A stretch of 64,000 nucleotides of DNA from Chitinophagales bacterium (lineage in GTDB: Bacteria > Bacteroidota > Bacteroidia > Chitinophagales > LD1), in contig JBGAIB010000005.1 of the NCBI GenBank assembly GCA_044225825.1, positions 139,967 to 203,966 of the forward strand, given 5' to 3'. A program made the position numbers and the translations under genes. Below, one piece after another: positions 8,772-17,788 of the stretch. The notes under the pieces were generated by a model. The model was not told where the DNA came from. It did no database searches and worked only from the letters and a program-made list of their open reading frames with translations. Position 1 is the stretch's first letter. Each line of letters opens with the position of its first letter.

Positions 8772-9033
8772 ACACCAGAGCGCATGGCGGGGCCGGAAAA
8801 AAACCAACACAAGCCGCTAACTTATACGTTGGCAGCGGGAAACCGGAAGGTCTATAGACAGCAGTAGTCATGCATTTACAGATTCGTCTGTAAATGTAAT
8901 AAATAATGAAACAATCTTAAAATATAGTTTGTTAAAACCTCCCGATTTACTACAACCAAAGGAGAAGCGCGCGTGCACACACGCCAGCAAGGGATCAGGC
9001 ACACGTGCAACACGTGCGCCAGCGAATAGTTAC

Positions 9034-9462
9034 TTACTTCCTAGCTTTTGCAGGCTTAGCGGTTTTTACGGCACTGCATTTGCCACAGCGACAACCGTGG
9101 GGTTTGATATAGGCATCAAACATCTCCTTCCCGTAATCATAACATAATTCCTCGCCGGGCTGAATGTTCTTTTTGGCGCTGATCCAGATTCTGCCGGCTT
9201 TGATATCTACTTCGCAGTTAGCGGCCCTTCCGCAGGCGTGGTTGATGTAGCGGGCCGTGTTTTTGCGGTCCTTGCCATCAATAAACCATTTGGAGTTTAT
9301 TTCAAACAGATACATGCCGCCACGCCGGTTGGCCTCGTCCTCATTAATTTTTTCGCCAACGTATTCTATAATTCTGGTGCCTTTAGCAATGGGTTCCTGT
9401 GCAAATAAGCCTAGTCCGGCTGCCGCTTTTTTCACTTTTAAACTCACTTCCCCTTTTTTCAT
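9034..9462 (-). CDS. SET domain protein-lysine methyltransferase-like protein
   Basis: SET motifs RIIEYVGEKINEDEA, ARYINHAC, GEELCYDYG. Post-SET Cys cluster CRCGKC. Lys/Ala-rich tail AVKTAKPAKARK. Confidence 0.85.
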   Translation of the reverse strand: MKKGEVSLKVKKAAAGLGLFAQEPIAKGTRIIEYVGEKINEDEANRRGGMYLFEINSKWFIDGKDRKNTARYINHACGRAANCEVDIKAGRIWISAKKNIQPGEELCYDYGKEMFDAYIKPHGCRCGKCSAVKTAKPAKARK

Positions 9463-9582
9463 GCGTGCGAATGTAGAAGAATTTGCTTGAGAAAGGCGTT
9501 TGCCTTGCAGTATCGAATACCGGATGCAAGAGAGGGAAGCGCTTGATACAGGTTAAACCCGCACCAATGCATGCCGCCTGTA

Positions 9583-9792
9583 CTACAGCATAGAAGCCAA
9601 AGCCTTGTGTGCGCCGTCGCAAATAGGCATCTTCTGGCTCATGCCACAGCGGCAAATGGAAAGCTTTTCGCGTTTCTCGAGCACTGTACCATCTTCCATA
9701 ATCACTTCGAAGTTACCGGTAATGGTAACCGGGCCGCGTGGTTTTAATTGTATAGTGGCGTAATCCTTTTTTTCTTGTTCCAGTTCTTCCAT
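9583..9792 (-). CDS. CDGSH iron-sulfur domain protein
   Basis: 69 aa with the signature CRCGMSQKMPICDGAHK (C-x-C-x2-S-x3-P-x-C-D-G-x-H). Confidence 0.85.
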   Translation of the reverse strand: MEELEQEKKDYATIQLKPRGPVTITGNFEVIMEDGTVLEKREKLSICRCGMSQKMPICDGAHKALASML

Positions 9793-9849
9793 AACGCTAT
9801 ATTGTTGCAGGCAAAGTTAATCAGTTTACAGTGCCCGACGGCATACACC

Positions 9850-10425
9850 ATGAAAGCCCTTAAAGCCATTCTATTTATAGCTGCGGCACTGCTGCTAGGC
9901 ATCGGTATTGGCATTTACCGCATTGCCCAGGTAGAGAGCAGCGAAGCCTTTTTTAAAAACGGAAGCTGGCGGGGCACCAATAACCTGCCGCTGGGTAAAA
10001 ACACCCTGCTTACTACCCAGGTAACCATCTTTGCCCTGTTTGCTTTACCGAGCAACGAGGCGGTTTACCTTTTTGCTTCGGCCGATAGTGCCGGTATGCC
10101 GCTGAACGGCAGTAACACGTATCGCATAACCGGGAACGTAAACAACCTGAAGGCCAAGTACTGGAGTATAACAGCCTATGGCAAGGACCTTTTTCTTCTG
10201 CCGAATAAAGCCGACCGCTATTCGGTTAACAACAATACCGTAAGCAGCGATAGTGCGGGCAACTTCAGCATAACGGTTGCTGCCGCCGAACAAGCAGCCA
10301 ACTGGCTACCTGTTGTTAACGGTAAACCCTTTAAACTGGTGCTGCGGCTGTATGGCGGCGAAGCCTCCTTTTTAAAGGAGTTGAAAACAAGCCCGCTTCC
10401 TGTGATTTTAAAATCGACGCAATGA
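9850..10425 (+). CDS. DUF1214 domain protein (exported)
   Basis: ATG at 9850 (MKALKAILFIAAALLLG signal/anchor). KYWSITAYGKDLF...RYSVN...NWLPV...FKLVLRLYGG matches the DUF1214 pattern. Confidence 0.7.
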   Translation: MKALKAILFIAAALLLGIGIGIYRIAQVESSEAFFKNGSWRGTNNLPLGKNTLLTTQVTIFALFALPSNEAVYLFASADSAGMPLNGSNTYRITGNVNNLKAKYWSITAYGKDLFLLPNKADRYSVNNNTVSSDSAGNFSITVAAAEQAANWLPVVNGKPFKLVLRLYGGEASFLKELKTSPLPVILKSTQ

Positions 10426-10940
10426 ACAGGAAGCATTGGTTTATAAAGTTGGTTTTGTTTGTTGTGCTGGTGGCAGCGCTACAGCAGTTATTTATTGCAG
10501 CAGTGCCGCAACTTGTTTTTATGATCGCCAAACACCGTTCGGCCAAACCGTATAACACCTTTATACATACCACTAAAACCGATGCGGGTTTACGCCGGGT
10601 AGTTTTGCCCAATCCCGACTTTATTTATTCGGCTTGTTTTTACGACCTGGGCGACAAGATTTACAAACTGCACGTACTTGTTCCCGATTCCAGCCAGTAT
10701 TGCTCCATTGGCTTCTACGACTGCAATATGCAGCCTTACAGGGTGCTGAACAATTATGGCTATGCGAAACGGAGCGAACTGGTGGTAGCTGTATCTCAAT
10801 CGCCCCTGCTAAAAACAAACTACCTAAAGTTACTTGCGCCGCACAGTAAAGGCGTTATACTTATCCGCTATTTAGCCACCGACAGCGCTCAGCGCCAGGC
10901 GGCCCTGCAATTGCAGCAAGCGATAAGATTTACACCCTAA
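10422..10940 (+). CDS. DUF1254 domain protein
   Basis: ATGA start/stop overlap with the previous gene. LPNPDFIYSACFYDLGDKIYKLHVLVPDSSQYCSIGFYD matches the DUF1254 pattern. Confidence 0.65.
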   Translation: MNRKHWFIKLVLFVVLVAALQQLFIAAVPQLVFMIAKHRSAKPYNTFIHTTKTDAGLRRVVLPNPDFIYSACFYDLGDKIYKLHVLVPDSSQYCSIGFYDCNMQPYRVLNNYGYAKRSELVVAVSQSPLLKTNYLKLLAPHSKGVILIRYLATDSAQRQAALQLQQAIRFTP

Positions 10941-10947
10941 TGCTACC

Positions 10948-12714
10948 TTACTGGCCCAGCATCATGCTGCGTATATCCTTTACCGGTGCGCTGCCATAAC
11001 TTAAAAACTGTTCGTGGAAAGCTTTGAGGCTAAACTTATCGCCCTGTTGTTTCTTCACCTCGTCGCGCAGTTCGTATATCTCGGTTAAACCGGTAAAATA
11101 CGAGGTAAGCTGCACCTGGGTAAGCGTAACGCGGCGGTATTTTTCCTGTGCTTCCTTCTCCTGCTGAAAAGCGGTGGTCACCAACAGATCGAGGGCATCT
11201 TTCTCGGTCCAGTTATTGCAGTGGATATTGTAATCCAGTATAAAGTTACAGGCCTCGCGCAGGTTCCATTTGTAATAGAACAACCACATTTCAGGCGTAT
11301 CGTTATAACCTTCTTCCATCATCATGCGCTCCACATAACAGGCCCAGCCTTCCACCATAGCACCGTTACCCAAGATGTTTTGTATTATGCTTGGAGAACG
11401 ATTGGCGTAGATATGCTGGGTATAGTGGCCGGGGATAGCCTCGTGGATATTCAGTATCTGCAACACAAAATCGTTGTATTCGCGCAGGTAACTCTCCGCC
11501 TCAGCCGGACTGTAACCGGTTAGCGGGGTAACATTGTAATAGGTTACGCCGTTTTTTTCGTAAGGGCCTGGGGAGTTAATAGAGGCCCCTGCCACACCAG
11601 CCATGTACTCGGGTGTTTTACGCACCTTAAGCGGTTGCGAGTCGTCCAGATCTATCAACCTCTTCTTCTCGATGAAGTCGTGCAGCGCAGGCAATTGCTT
11701 TTCGATAGTAGCGATAAAATCATCGGGCTTGCAATGCCGTTCGGAAAGTTTATCGATCATTTGCCGGGTAGCTTCGCGGTTATCGGAAGGCAGGGGCGTG
11801 CCGGGAAAATACGTTGGCCACAACGTTTTGGTAACAGCGGCCATCTGTTGCTGCAGATACTTAACACGCTCCTGCGCCTTGGCATACATTTCGTCCGCCG
11901 TGTAGCGCGCATTAATATCGTACGCAAACTTTTTTTGATACAGCTCCTTACCGATGCGGGCACTTCTGCCTTCCTTTTTCTCGAGTATGGGGCGTGCTTC
12001 AAGCCATTTGATATACTCTTCCACAGCCTGGCGGGCGGCTTTCGTGGCGTTCATAAAATCCTGTTTATCGCGCTGCGAGAGATTAGCGGCCTTTAAGGAA
12101 TCAGGTAATACCGTATCGAACAGATACAGCGAACCCTTGTTCTGTTCAATGGCCAATTCCGTATGCTCCAGGGTAGGGTCCACCACTAATTTGGAAGCCA
12201 TTAAAAAATACTCCGGCACCAGACTCAACTTTTTGGTGAGCGCCTGTAAACGCTGGTCGAGCGGTTTGGCCTTGTTATCGAGCACATCAAAAATGGCACC
12301 TCCGACATTAAACACCGAAGGGTTCCACTCCTCTTCTTTAAATTCTTTGATGTAGAAAGTTGTAGCCTCGGCATAGTTTTTAATCAGGTAATAATCGGTA
12401 CGCTGCGAACTGCTTAGTTCGCTCTCCTTAAAAGAAGCCAGGGTTTGCAGGGTAGCGGCGGCAAACTTCACCAGGCGATCATTGGTTTCGGCACCCGGTA
12501 TAGTTAGTTGTTCATCGTAGTTATGATAACCAACTGAACTGGCCCACCCGGGATTATTGCGCCAAAGGTCGTCGATAAACTGTTGTTCAAATGCTGTGAA
12601 CTTGCTGTTGGTAGCGGCATTTTGTGCAGTACCGGTTTGCACCAGCAAAACGGTAAATAAGCATAGCACTATTTTGTACATAACCATCCGGATTTTACGC
12701 AGCCAAAGGTGCAA
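10948..12714 (-). CDS. DUF885 family protein (secreted, metallopeptidase-like)
   Basis: HEAIPGHYTQH motif and overall DUF885 layout. Signal peptide MYKIVLCLFTVLLVQTGTAQ, so the true start may be one of the internal Met codons at 12687 or 12681. Confidence 0.75.
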   Translation of the reverse strand: MHLWLRKIRMVMYKIVLCLFTVLLVQTGTAQNAATNSKFTAFEQQFIDDLWRNNPGWASSVGYHNYDEQLTIPGAETNDRLVKFAAATLQTLASFKESELSSSQRTDYYLIKNYAEATTFYIKEFKEEEWNPSVFNVGGAIFDVLDNKAKPLDQRLQALTKKLSLVPEYFLMASKLVVDPTLEHTELAIEQNKGSLYLFDTVLPDSLKAANLSQRDKQDFMNATKAARQAVEEYIKWLEARPILEKKEGRSARIGKELYQKKFAYDINARYTADEMYAKAQERVKYLQQQMAAVTKTLWPTYFPGTPLPSDNREATRQMIDKLSERHCKPDDFIATIEKQLPALHDFIEKKRLIDLDDSQPLKVRKTPEYMAGVAGASINSPGPYEKNGVTYYNVTPLTGYSPAEAESYLREYNDFVLQILNIHEAIPGHYTQHIYANRSPSIIQNILGNGAMVEGWACYVERMMMEEGYNDTPEMWLFYYKWNLREACNFILDYNIHCNNWTEKDALDLLVTTAFQQEKEAQEKYRRVTLTQVQLTSYFTGLTEIYELRDEVKKQQGDKFSLKAFHEQFLSYGSAPVKDIRSMMLGQ

Positions 12715-12735
12715 AAAATCCGGTGGCGGGCCTAT

Positions 12736-13251
12736 TTAGCGAATATTATCAGGGACTCTTGTAGCACGGGGTTTAAGTTCGGGGTCCTCGTGTTTATCGA
12801 CATTTAAATCGGAGCCGAATTCGCGCTCGGGATGTGTTTTAGGCAGAAAAGCCCCCAGTATGGCGCCATACAATAAATGGCCCGTTAAACTTAGCAGAAT
12901 CAGCATGGCCATGCTATCCTTCATGTGCCACTCGACCAATCCCGCTGCATTTATAATCAGGATGCTAACCGTTGAAAACAGAAATACGAAGATGCTATAA
13001 ACGACACCCCGCGAAATATTGTTTTCGATGGGCAGGATATTGTTGGCCCAGCGTGCATAGATAAACGCAAAGGCAAAACCCAGCAGCACGTGGATTGCCC
13101 ATCCTGCTATTTTACTATCGCCGGCTATTTTACCCAGAAAGGCCGCAATGTTGAGGTCGGGAAACAGCCCGGTAAAGGGGAGCATGATGAAGTAAAGGGT
13201 CATTACGGCCGTGGCTACTGCCCCGGCCAGTATGGTTCTTTGGACGTTCAT
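12736..13251 (-). CDS. hypothetical integral membrane protein (4 TM)
   Basis: 171-aa ORF with four clear hydrophobic helices and a charged C-terminal tail. No family recognised. Confidence 0.55.
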   Translation of the reverse strand: MNVQRTILAGAVATAVMTLYFIMLPFTGLFPDLNIAAFLGKIAGDSKIAGWAIHVLLGFAFAFIYARWANNILPIENNISRGVVYSIFVFLFSTVSILIINAAGLVEWHMKDSMAMLILLSLTGHLLYGAILGAFLPKTHPEREFGSDLNVDKHEDPELKPRATRVPDNIR

Positions 13252-13395
13252 GGTTGTAGTTTTAAGTGAATAAATGGTAACTACTAAACTTTCGTTCCAA
13301 TGCCTTATCCAGTACAGGCATATCCACTTGTATAACGCCGCAGCGGCTTTGTTGGTACGAACCTATAAACGGCTAGTTCCAAACACCGGGTATTT

Positions 13396-13435
13396 AAAAC
13401 AAAACCGGCCTGTTTTTAGCAAAAACAGGCCGGTT
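13396..13435 (-). terminator. rho-independent terminator after the CBS gene
   Basis: Perfect 15-bp stem AACCGGCCTGTTTTT-agc-AAAAACAGGCCGGTT (13403-13435), followed on the minus strand by TTTTGTTTT. Confidence 0.8.
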
Positions 13436-13456
13436 ACTTCGTAAAATCGGAAGTTC

Positions 13457-13876
13457 TTAACTAGCTAAGTAGTTTACAATGTCCTTAATAGAAATAATAC
13501 CTACCAGTTCGCCATTATCAACTACCGGCAGCGATAAAAACTTACGCGAAGCGATAAGTTTAGCAGCCGATTCGATAGTGTCGGAAGAGGAAACGGTAAT
13601 AGGATTAGGGGTCATAATATCGGTAAGGTTGATGGCCTTGTCTATTTCATCAAGGTCCAGCATAACCTTTGGTTCGCGGCGACTAAGTTGCAAAAACACT
13701 TTTGGTAAATCGTTGGAGCTGATAATACCTATCAGTTTGTTGTTACTGTCCATAATGGGCAAATGGTGCACCGGAAATTCAGTAAACAGACGCAATACCT
13801 GAGAGAAATTGTGAAATTGATTGGCGACCACCGGATTGATGGTCATAATAGCAGAAACCGGTTTTGTTGCAGACAT
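13457..13876 (-). CDS. CBS domain pair protein
   Basis: 139 aa with two CBS repeats (VHHLPIMDSNNKLIGIISSNDL, FLSLPVVDNGELVGIISIKDI). Confidence 0.85.
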   Translation of the reverse strand: MSATKPVSAIMTINPVVANQFHNFSQVLRLFTEFPVHHLPIMDSNNKLIGIISSNDLPKVFLQLSRREPKVMLDLDEIDKAINLTDIMTPNPITVSSSDTIESAAKLIASRKFLSLPVVDNGELVGIISIKDIVNYLAS

Positions 13877-13947
13877 GGTTGGTTGATTTTCGATAAATGT
13901 AAACTGTTAAAAGATAAATACAAATTTAAGACAGTTCGAGGGCATAA

Positions 13948-16713
13948 TTACCTGATAAGCGTCACACTGCCCTTCCGGAAAATGGCCTGATCTTCGCCGA
14001 ACAGGCCCAGCCTGCACACATACACATAAACACCCGGTGGGGCCGGTTTACCTTTATAGGTGCCATCCCAGGGGTAGGTGCCATCGTGCACCTTCTCGCC
14101 TATCCGGTCGAATATCTGGAAGGTTATAACCTTTACCCCGCTTTGCGAAAGCACATAGAACACATCGTTGTTGCCATCGTTATTAGGCGTAAAAGCATTA
14201 GGGATGTAGAAGTTGTTTGGCAGTATAACCCGTATCAATACCGAATCGCTGATGGTGCAGCCCGACACATACACATTAAGGCCGTAAATCTGTGCGTTTT
14301 CGGGGCTAACAACCGGGTTGGTGCAGGTAGCGCAACTCATATTAATAAACGGATACCAGTTAAAGGAATCGATGCTGGCAGCGTTCAAATCAAGGTCGGT
14401 ATAAAGCATTACACTATCGCCGAAAATAAGCGTGGTATCGGGCCGCACATCCAGGGTGGGCACTGCCACAGCCGTAATGGAGATGGTGTTGCTGGTATCG
14501 GTGCAACCATTAGCATCGGTAACCACCGCGTAATACTGACCAGGCTGGTTAATGACGGTGGATTGTCCGCCTGCACCATTGCTCCAGTTATAGGAGGTGT
14601 AATTGCCGCCACTTATCTGGAGGGTAACATTTTGTGCGCCGCAAATTTGAGTGGCCCCGGTAGTGCTTAACACAGGTGTTGGCAAGGGATGACTGAACAC
14701 ATACATGGTATCGGTATGCGCGCAGCTAAACCCTGCTGCCGAACAACGTACGGCTACCCAGAATGTATCGATAACGCCTGCCGGTATTGTAAGCACCGGG
14801 TTAGGGGCATTGGCATTACTTATCCAGCTTTGAATAGTTGGTGTTTCGGCAATCCACTGAACGGTAGTGCCCGGCGAAGTAGTAGGGTTACCGCCGAGCT
14901 GGATGGTTTTATTGCCTGCGCAGGCCGAGGCATTGGGGCCGGCATCGGCAGGCGGTGCAGGTGTTACTGCCACACTTAAATCGTTGGTGATGTATAGCTC
15001 GCCACAGGTATCCACTATCAAACAGGTAATTGTTTTACCCGTTTGCGGATAAATGCCATAGTACGGTGAATTATAAACGGTATCGTACGTATTGCCCCCG
15101 TCTTGTGTCCACAGGTAATGATAAGGTGGCACACCGCAATCGGGATGGGCCAGGAAAGTTACCGATTCGCCGGGACAGATACTGGTTTTATCCTGCGTAA
15201 TGTAGCCTTCGACCCTGCATGCAGTTACGGTTACGCCCCACAAATTACCACGGGCACATAAAAAGCCGCATACATCGCCGCAGGTGCTATCGCGGTTTCT
15301 CAACGAGAAGTCTATAAAATAATCGGGACACTGCGGCGGGTAGCAAGCGGTGTAATTAGGCACCCAGGTGGGGACAGTTACATGCAAAGGCTTGGCACCA
15401 TTTACCAGTTGGCTATCGGTAGTGCAAGTACCGGTGTAAGGCGGCAGGGCAGGATTACAAGCCAGTAAACCGGTAGTGGTATTGCAATGATCGCAGATTA
15501 CCTCCTGCGTTACCTGGCTAAAGGTGCAGTAAGGAGCAGGCAGCGGCGGAGTGCCGCAGGCATTGTCGTAGGTAAGTTGGTATTCCAGTTCTACATAGGT
15601 ATCCAGCAATTTGCTGCGGCCGGGCACCTGCACCGTCATTTGATAAGGGCAGTATGCAGGCTTGGTTGTAAAGCCCTGTCCGTTTGGCGCTAAACCAGTG
15701 GTGCGGTAGTGGCCGTTGATAGAGTCGCCCTGTACGATTACAGTAGGGTCAATCAATAAGGGGTATACATTCTCCTTGCGGGTTAACCAATCGATAGGCA
15801 CCAGCATTTGCAGGTTGTAATTATTGTTGTGCTGTTGCCATTGGTAGATGCCGTGTGTACCTACCACGTTGGCATCCAGGTAAACCGGCCGGCGGTATAT
15901 AAAGGCGGTATCGTTTTTATCATCCAGTATCAGCAGGTCGCCACGGAAACCTGCGGGCAGGGGACCATCTTCGTGCAGTTCAATAATCCGGTAACCGGCG
16001 GGCAGGGTAAAATGATCTTCGATTACCATATACCCTTCGGTGATCGGCACTTGCAAAGGCGCTTCTATCCGGTAGTTGGTTTCTATTTCGCCGGCGGCAA
16101 ACACCTGTTCCATATCCACACCGGGCCACATGTTTTTTACAAAGAGGCCTTCTTCGCCAATGGTGTAGTTGTTGTAGTTGCCCCGCTCGGGTTTGGTGTA
16201 AACCTTGTTCTCGTCGTAAAAGAACAACTGCAGGTCGTGGTTAAATACAAACTCGAACTTATTGCGCTTAATAGAGGTGGTTTTATTGATTAAATCGCAT
16301 TTGGTGGGAGCCGGTTGGTTGGGTGCTGTATATACACCGGGCTGTGTAGCATCGGGGCGCAGACGGCGGTCGATGGTATGCCATACATCGCCTTCAAATT
16401 TTTTATAGTGCAGCGGATAATATGATTGTTGTGAATAGAGATAATTGGGTTTAGTACGATCGATATACTGGCGGCTTGTTTGTGTGCGCTGGTCAATTAA
16501 CTCGTCGCAATTATTGCACTGTGCGTTATAAGGGGTAATGCCATATTCGGGATGGCGCTTTGCGGTATCGCTGCTTTGCTTTTCGAGTGCTTTGGTTATG
16601 ACCTTTTCGTCGGTATAAAAATGACTTAAATTATGTTTCTTAACATGCATGTTTTGTGCAACAGCAACCACATAACCTGCCAGTAACAACACCAGTAAAA
16701 AGGGCTTCTTCAT
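13948..16713 (-). CDS. large secreted protein with T9SS type B (gliding motility-associated) C-terminal domain
   Basis: Signal peptide. Cys-rich unknown N-terminal half and Ig-like repeats. C-terminus NNFYIPNAFTPNNDGNNDVFYV...VTLIR is the CHU_C / type B sorting domain. Confidence 0.85.
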   Translation of the reverse strand: MKKPFLLVLLLAGYVVAVAQNMHVKKHNLSHFYTDEKVITKALEKQSSDTAKRHPEYGITPYNAQCNNCDELIDQRTQTSRQYIDRTKPNYLYSQQSYYPLHYKKFEGDVWHTIDRRLRPDATQPGVYTAPNQPAPTKCDLINKTTSIKRNKFEFVFNHDLQLFFYDENKVYTKPERGNYNNYTIGEEGLFVKNMWPGVDMEQVFAAGEIETNYRIEAPLQVPITEGYMVIEDHFTLPAGYRIIELHEDGPLPAGFRGDLLILDDKNDTAFIYRRPVYLDANVVGTHGIYQWQQHNNNYNLQMLVPIDWLTRKENVYPLLIDPTVIVQGDSINGHYRTTGLAPNGQGFTTKPAYCPYQMTVQVPGRSKLLDTYVELEYQLTYDNACGTPPLPAPYCTFSQVTQEVICDHCNTTTGLLACNPALPPYTGTCTTDSQLVNGAKPLHVTVPTWVPNYTACYPPQCPDYFIDFSLRNRDSTCGDVCGFLCARGNLWGVTVTACRVEGYITQDKTSICPGESVTFLAHPDCGVPPYHYLWTQDGGNTYDTVYNSPYYGIYPQTGKTITCLIVDTCGELYITNDLSVAVTPAPPADAGPNASACAGNKTIQLGGNPTTSPGTTVQWIAETPTIQSWISNANAPNPVLTIPAGVIDTFWVAVRCSAAGFSCAHTDTMYVFSHPLPTPVLSTTGATQICGAQNVTLQISGGNYTSYNWSNGAGGQSTVINQPGQYYAVVTDANGCTDTSNTISITAVAVPTLDVRPDTTLIFGDSVMLYTDLDLNAASIDSFNWYPFINMSCATCTNPVVSPENAQIYGLNVYVSGCTISDSVLIRVILPNNFYIPNAFTPNNDGNNDVFYVLSQSGVKVITFQIFDRIGEKVHDGTYPWDGTYKGKPAPPGVYVYVCRLGLFGEDQAIFRKGSVTLIR

Positions 16714-16842
16714 AACTGCATCAAATATAACCGAAAGACGATAGCGGGCAACAAAGGGTTGAGTGCGGTGCCTTTGGTTAAATGCTCAAAAATAAAGCAA
16801 GCGCAAGCAGGGCAATTTGAGCGGGGCTATTATCTTAGCATT

Positions 16843-17736
16843 ATGCTCCAAAAACTCCTCCTTTTGCCCGTGCTGGCTTTCCTGGCCTGCAACCTATCGG
16901 CCATGCCCTTACCTACCGAAGACCCTGCCAGTGTGGCGGCGCAAAGCGAGCTTAAAATATTGACCTACAACATCAAGATGCTGCCAAGGGTATTAACCTT
17001 TATAAAGCACCACCCTATAACCCGGGCACATATCATACCGCGTATTGTAGCGCCTGACAGTGCACAAGTAATTGTATTTCAGGAGGCCTTTGACCATAAG
17101 GCCGTGCGCATTTTAAAGAAGGGCCTAAAACCTTATTACCCTTTCTGGGCCGGACCCGCCAATGGCCGCCCCAGTGTAAAAGCCAACAGCGGTGTTATGG
17201 TGTTTAGCAAAGTGCCCCTTAAACAGTTAGGTGAAGTGGATTTTGTAGACTGCGACCGCGAAGATTGCCTGGCCCGCAAAGGCGCCATTTTAGTGCAACT
17301 ACAATTTAAAGGACGCACCGTACAGGTTATGGGCACGCATATGGAAGCCGGTGGAGCGTTTGAAATGAAACAGAACCAGTATGAGCAGATTGAAGGTTTG
17401 ATGGAACGTTTTAAAACGGATAGCATACCGCAATTTTACTGCGGCGACTTTAACACCCATAAAGGCACAGCCCTATATGACACGATGTTGCATACGTTTA
17501 ATGCCGAGGACGGCCCTATAACCGGCGATTTACAATATACCAGCGACCACCTACTGAATGACATGGATAGCTACGACCCTAAACGCCGGGGCGTTATTGA
17601 TTTTGTGCTGTATAAAGGCAATGGCCTGCAACCGAAGTCGGTTACCAGAGAAGTAAAGCGTTACCAGTTTCCGTGGGATAAAAAGCACAAGGACCTTTCG
17701 GACCACTTTGCTGTGATGATGAAAGTGCGTTTGTAA
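16843..17736 (+). CDS. endonuclease/exonuclease/phosphatase family protein (sphingomyelinase-like phosphodiesterase)
   Basis: ATG at 16843 gives signal peptide MLQKLLLLPVLAFLAC. EEP motifs ILTYNIKML, FQEAFD, GTHMEAG, CGDFN, SDHFAV. Confidence 0.75.
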   Translation: MLQKLLLLPVLAFLACNLSAMPLPTEDPASVAAQSELKILTYNIKMLPRVLTFIKHHPITRAHIIPRIVAPDSAQVIVFQEAFDHKAVRILKKGLKPYYPFWAGPANGRPSVKANSGVMVFSKVPLKQLGEVDFVDCDREDCLARKGAILVQLQFKGRTVQVMGTHMEAGGAFEMKQNQYEQIEGLMERFKTDSIPQFYCGDFNTHKGTALYDTMLHTFNAEDGPITGDLQYTSDHLLNDMDSYDPKRRGVIDFVLYKGNGLQPKSVTREVKRYQFPWDKKHKDLSDHFAVMMKVRL

Positions 17737-17788
17737 AAGGTTTATCAGGGGCTGCAGGATCCGGTTCTGCACGTGTAAAACGTTTAGT

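Noticed and set aside
8280-8871. ORFs of 64-121 aa across the repeat island (8280-8564, 8290-8655, 8532-8810, 8677-8871).
   Set aside because: The repeat copies fall in different frames because of the 157-nt spacing. The translations are low-complexity and repeat-derived, and the ORFs overlap each other on both strands.
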